Origin: Octopus bimaculoides
Lineage: Eukaryota
Reading direction: 5' to 3'
Assembly: GCF_001194135.2 (NCBI RefSeq)
Contig: NC_068984.1
Span: 38,671,465-38,735,464, forward strand
Length of the DNA stretch: 64,000 bases
The position numbers and the translations under genes are program-made. Positions 63,124 through 64,000 of the stretch are shown one piece after another (the stretch's first letter is position 1; the number at the start of each line of letters is the position of its first letter). The notes below the pieces were generated by a model. That model worked only from the letters and a program-made list of their open reading frames with translations. It was not told the origin of the DNA and made no database searches.

Positions 63124-63825
63124 AATTTTGGCAGATGTTGTTTATCACAATATACGGCTGTAATGGAAGCAATCGACATTGGATAAAACGAGCCTCCGTC
63201 ATCAAAGTAGAAAAGATCTTACATTTCAGATCTTAATGCTGAGAAGTTTAAAGATGGAATGATTAAATGTGGAGAGCAAAGCCGTATTAGAGGGAGGAGG
63301 TAGCAGGGTCGGTGGGATTATGGGGAGTGTCAAAACGGAATGGTGAGAAGAGATAGGAGAGCTAGTTCAGGAGGAGGGAGGGGGTTAATAATGAAGGTAT
63401 TAAGGGAAGCGGTAGTAGGTGGAGAGCTGGGAGATGAATGGAAGAGGTTGGATAGATAGTAACTGAATAATAATCAGTTGTGTTGAATTTGTCTATGGGT
63501 GTCTAAGGATAATAACTATAGAGTTATTGGAAGTTGAGATAGTGAGAAAAGGAATGGCAATTATTTGAGGGAGGGAAAGTGTCTTATTCAGTGGCAAAGG
63601 GAGATTACTAAGGTATGTAGAAAGGTATGAGAAAGATATTAGCCGCATAATTGCCTCTATATCCGCTCAACTTGATTCCTCTTACAGCCACTCTTTGCCC
63701 CGTGGAATTGATCCCCTGTAAAGACATCGGAGTCTAAGTTTGAATCTTTTGAGCATTAAGTGTCTTCTATACTTAGAATCTTTGGATCTCATATACATAC
63801 ATAAAATATATATATATATATATTC

Positions 63826-64000
63826 TTTTCTACACTAGGCACAAAGTACGTAATTTTGCGCAACTGGTACTTAATTTACCGACCCCGAAAGGATGAAAGG
63901 CAAAGTCGACCTCGGCGGAATTTGAAATCAGAACATAAAGACAGACGAAATACCGTTAGCCATTTCGCCGGCGTGCTAACGTTTCTCCCAGCTCGCCATT
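63826..64000 (-). mobile_element. SINE family A at the window end
   Basis: GACCCCGAAAGGATGAAAGGCAAAGTCGACCTCGGCGGAATTTGAA...CCAGCTCGCC on the plus strand. Confidence 0.9.

Overview
AT-rich, microsatellite- and SINE-dense eukaryotic DNA from a gapped short-read assembly (large N gaps at 1142-1609, 3868-4291, 10400-10688, 16772-17426, 21800-21990, 23022-23858, 26762-27631, 30095-30541, 49137-49376). The tRNA-derived SINE families resemble those I associate with octopus, so a cephalopod origin is inferred, not proven. One protein-coding gene is well supported. It is on the minus strand with three coding exons (37006-36928, 34805-34593, 15477-14153) and phase-consistent GT-AG junctions. It encodes a 538-aa secreted protein: signal peptide, two six-cysteine chitin-binding type 2 (CBM14/peritrophin-A) domains and a long Q/K/E/R/N-rich low-complexity tail. 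The rest is mostly mobile-element debris: three R4/Dong-like RLE LINE fragments (one ending in a (TAA)n array), two L1/Tx1-like fragments, a decayed Tc1/mariner transposase, a decayed 'Mutator-like' DDE transposase, MITE-like elements, more than 25 SINE copies and a tRNA-Tyr pseudogene. The most unexpected signals are RNA-level. A hammerhead ribozyme with an intact catalytic core and near-palindromic stem III lies at 19778-19828. A Penelope-like 3' end (18300-18810) places a tRNA-type Pol III head upstream of a second hammerhead. A 535-bp non-coding element sits inside an (AAT)n array and may be a Dong-mobilised partner. None of these is shown to be novel; they are hypotheses needing database searches or experiments. 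Coordinates of decayed repeats are approximate. No CRISPR array, rRNA or intact tRNA was found.
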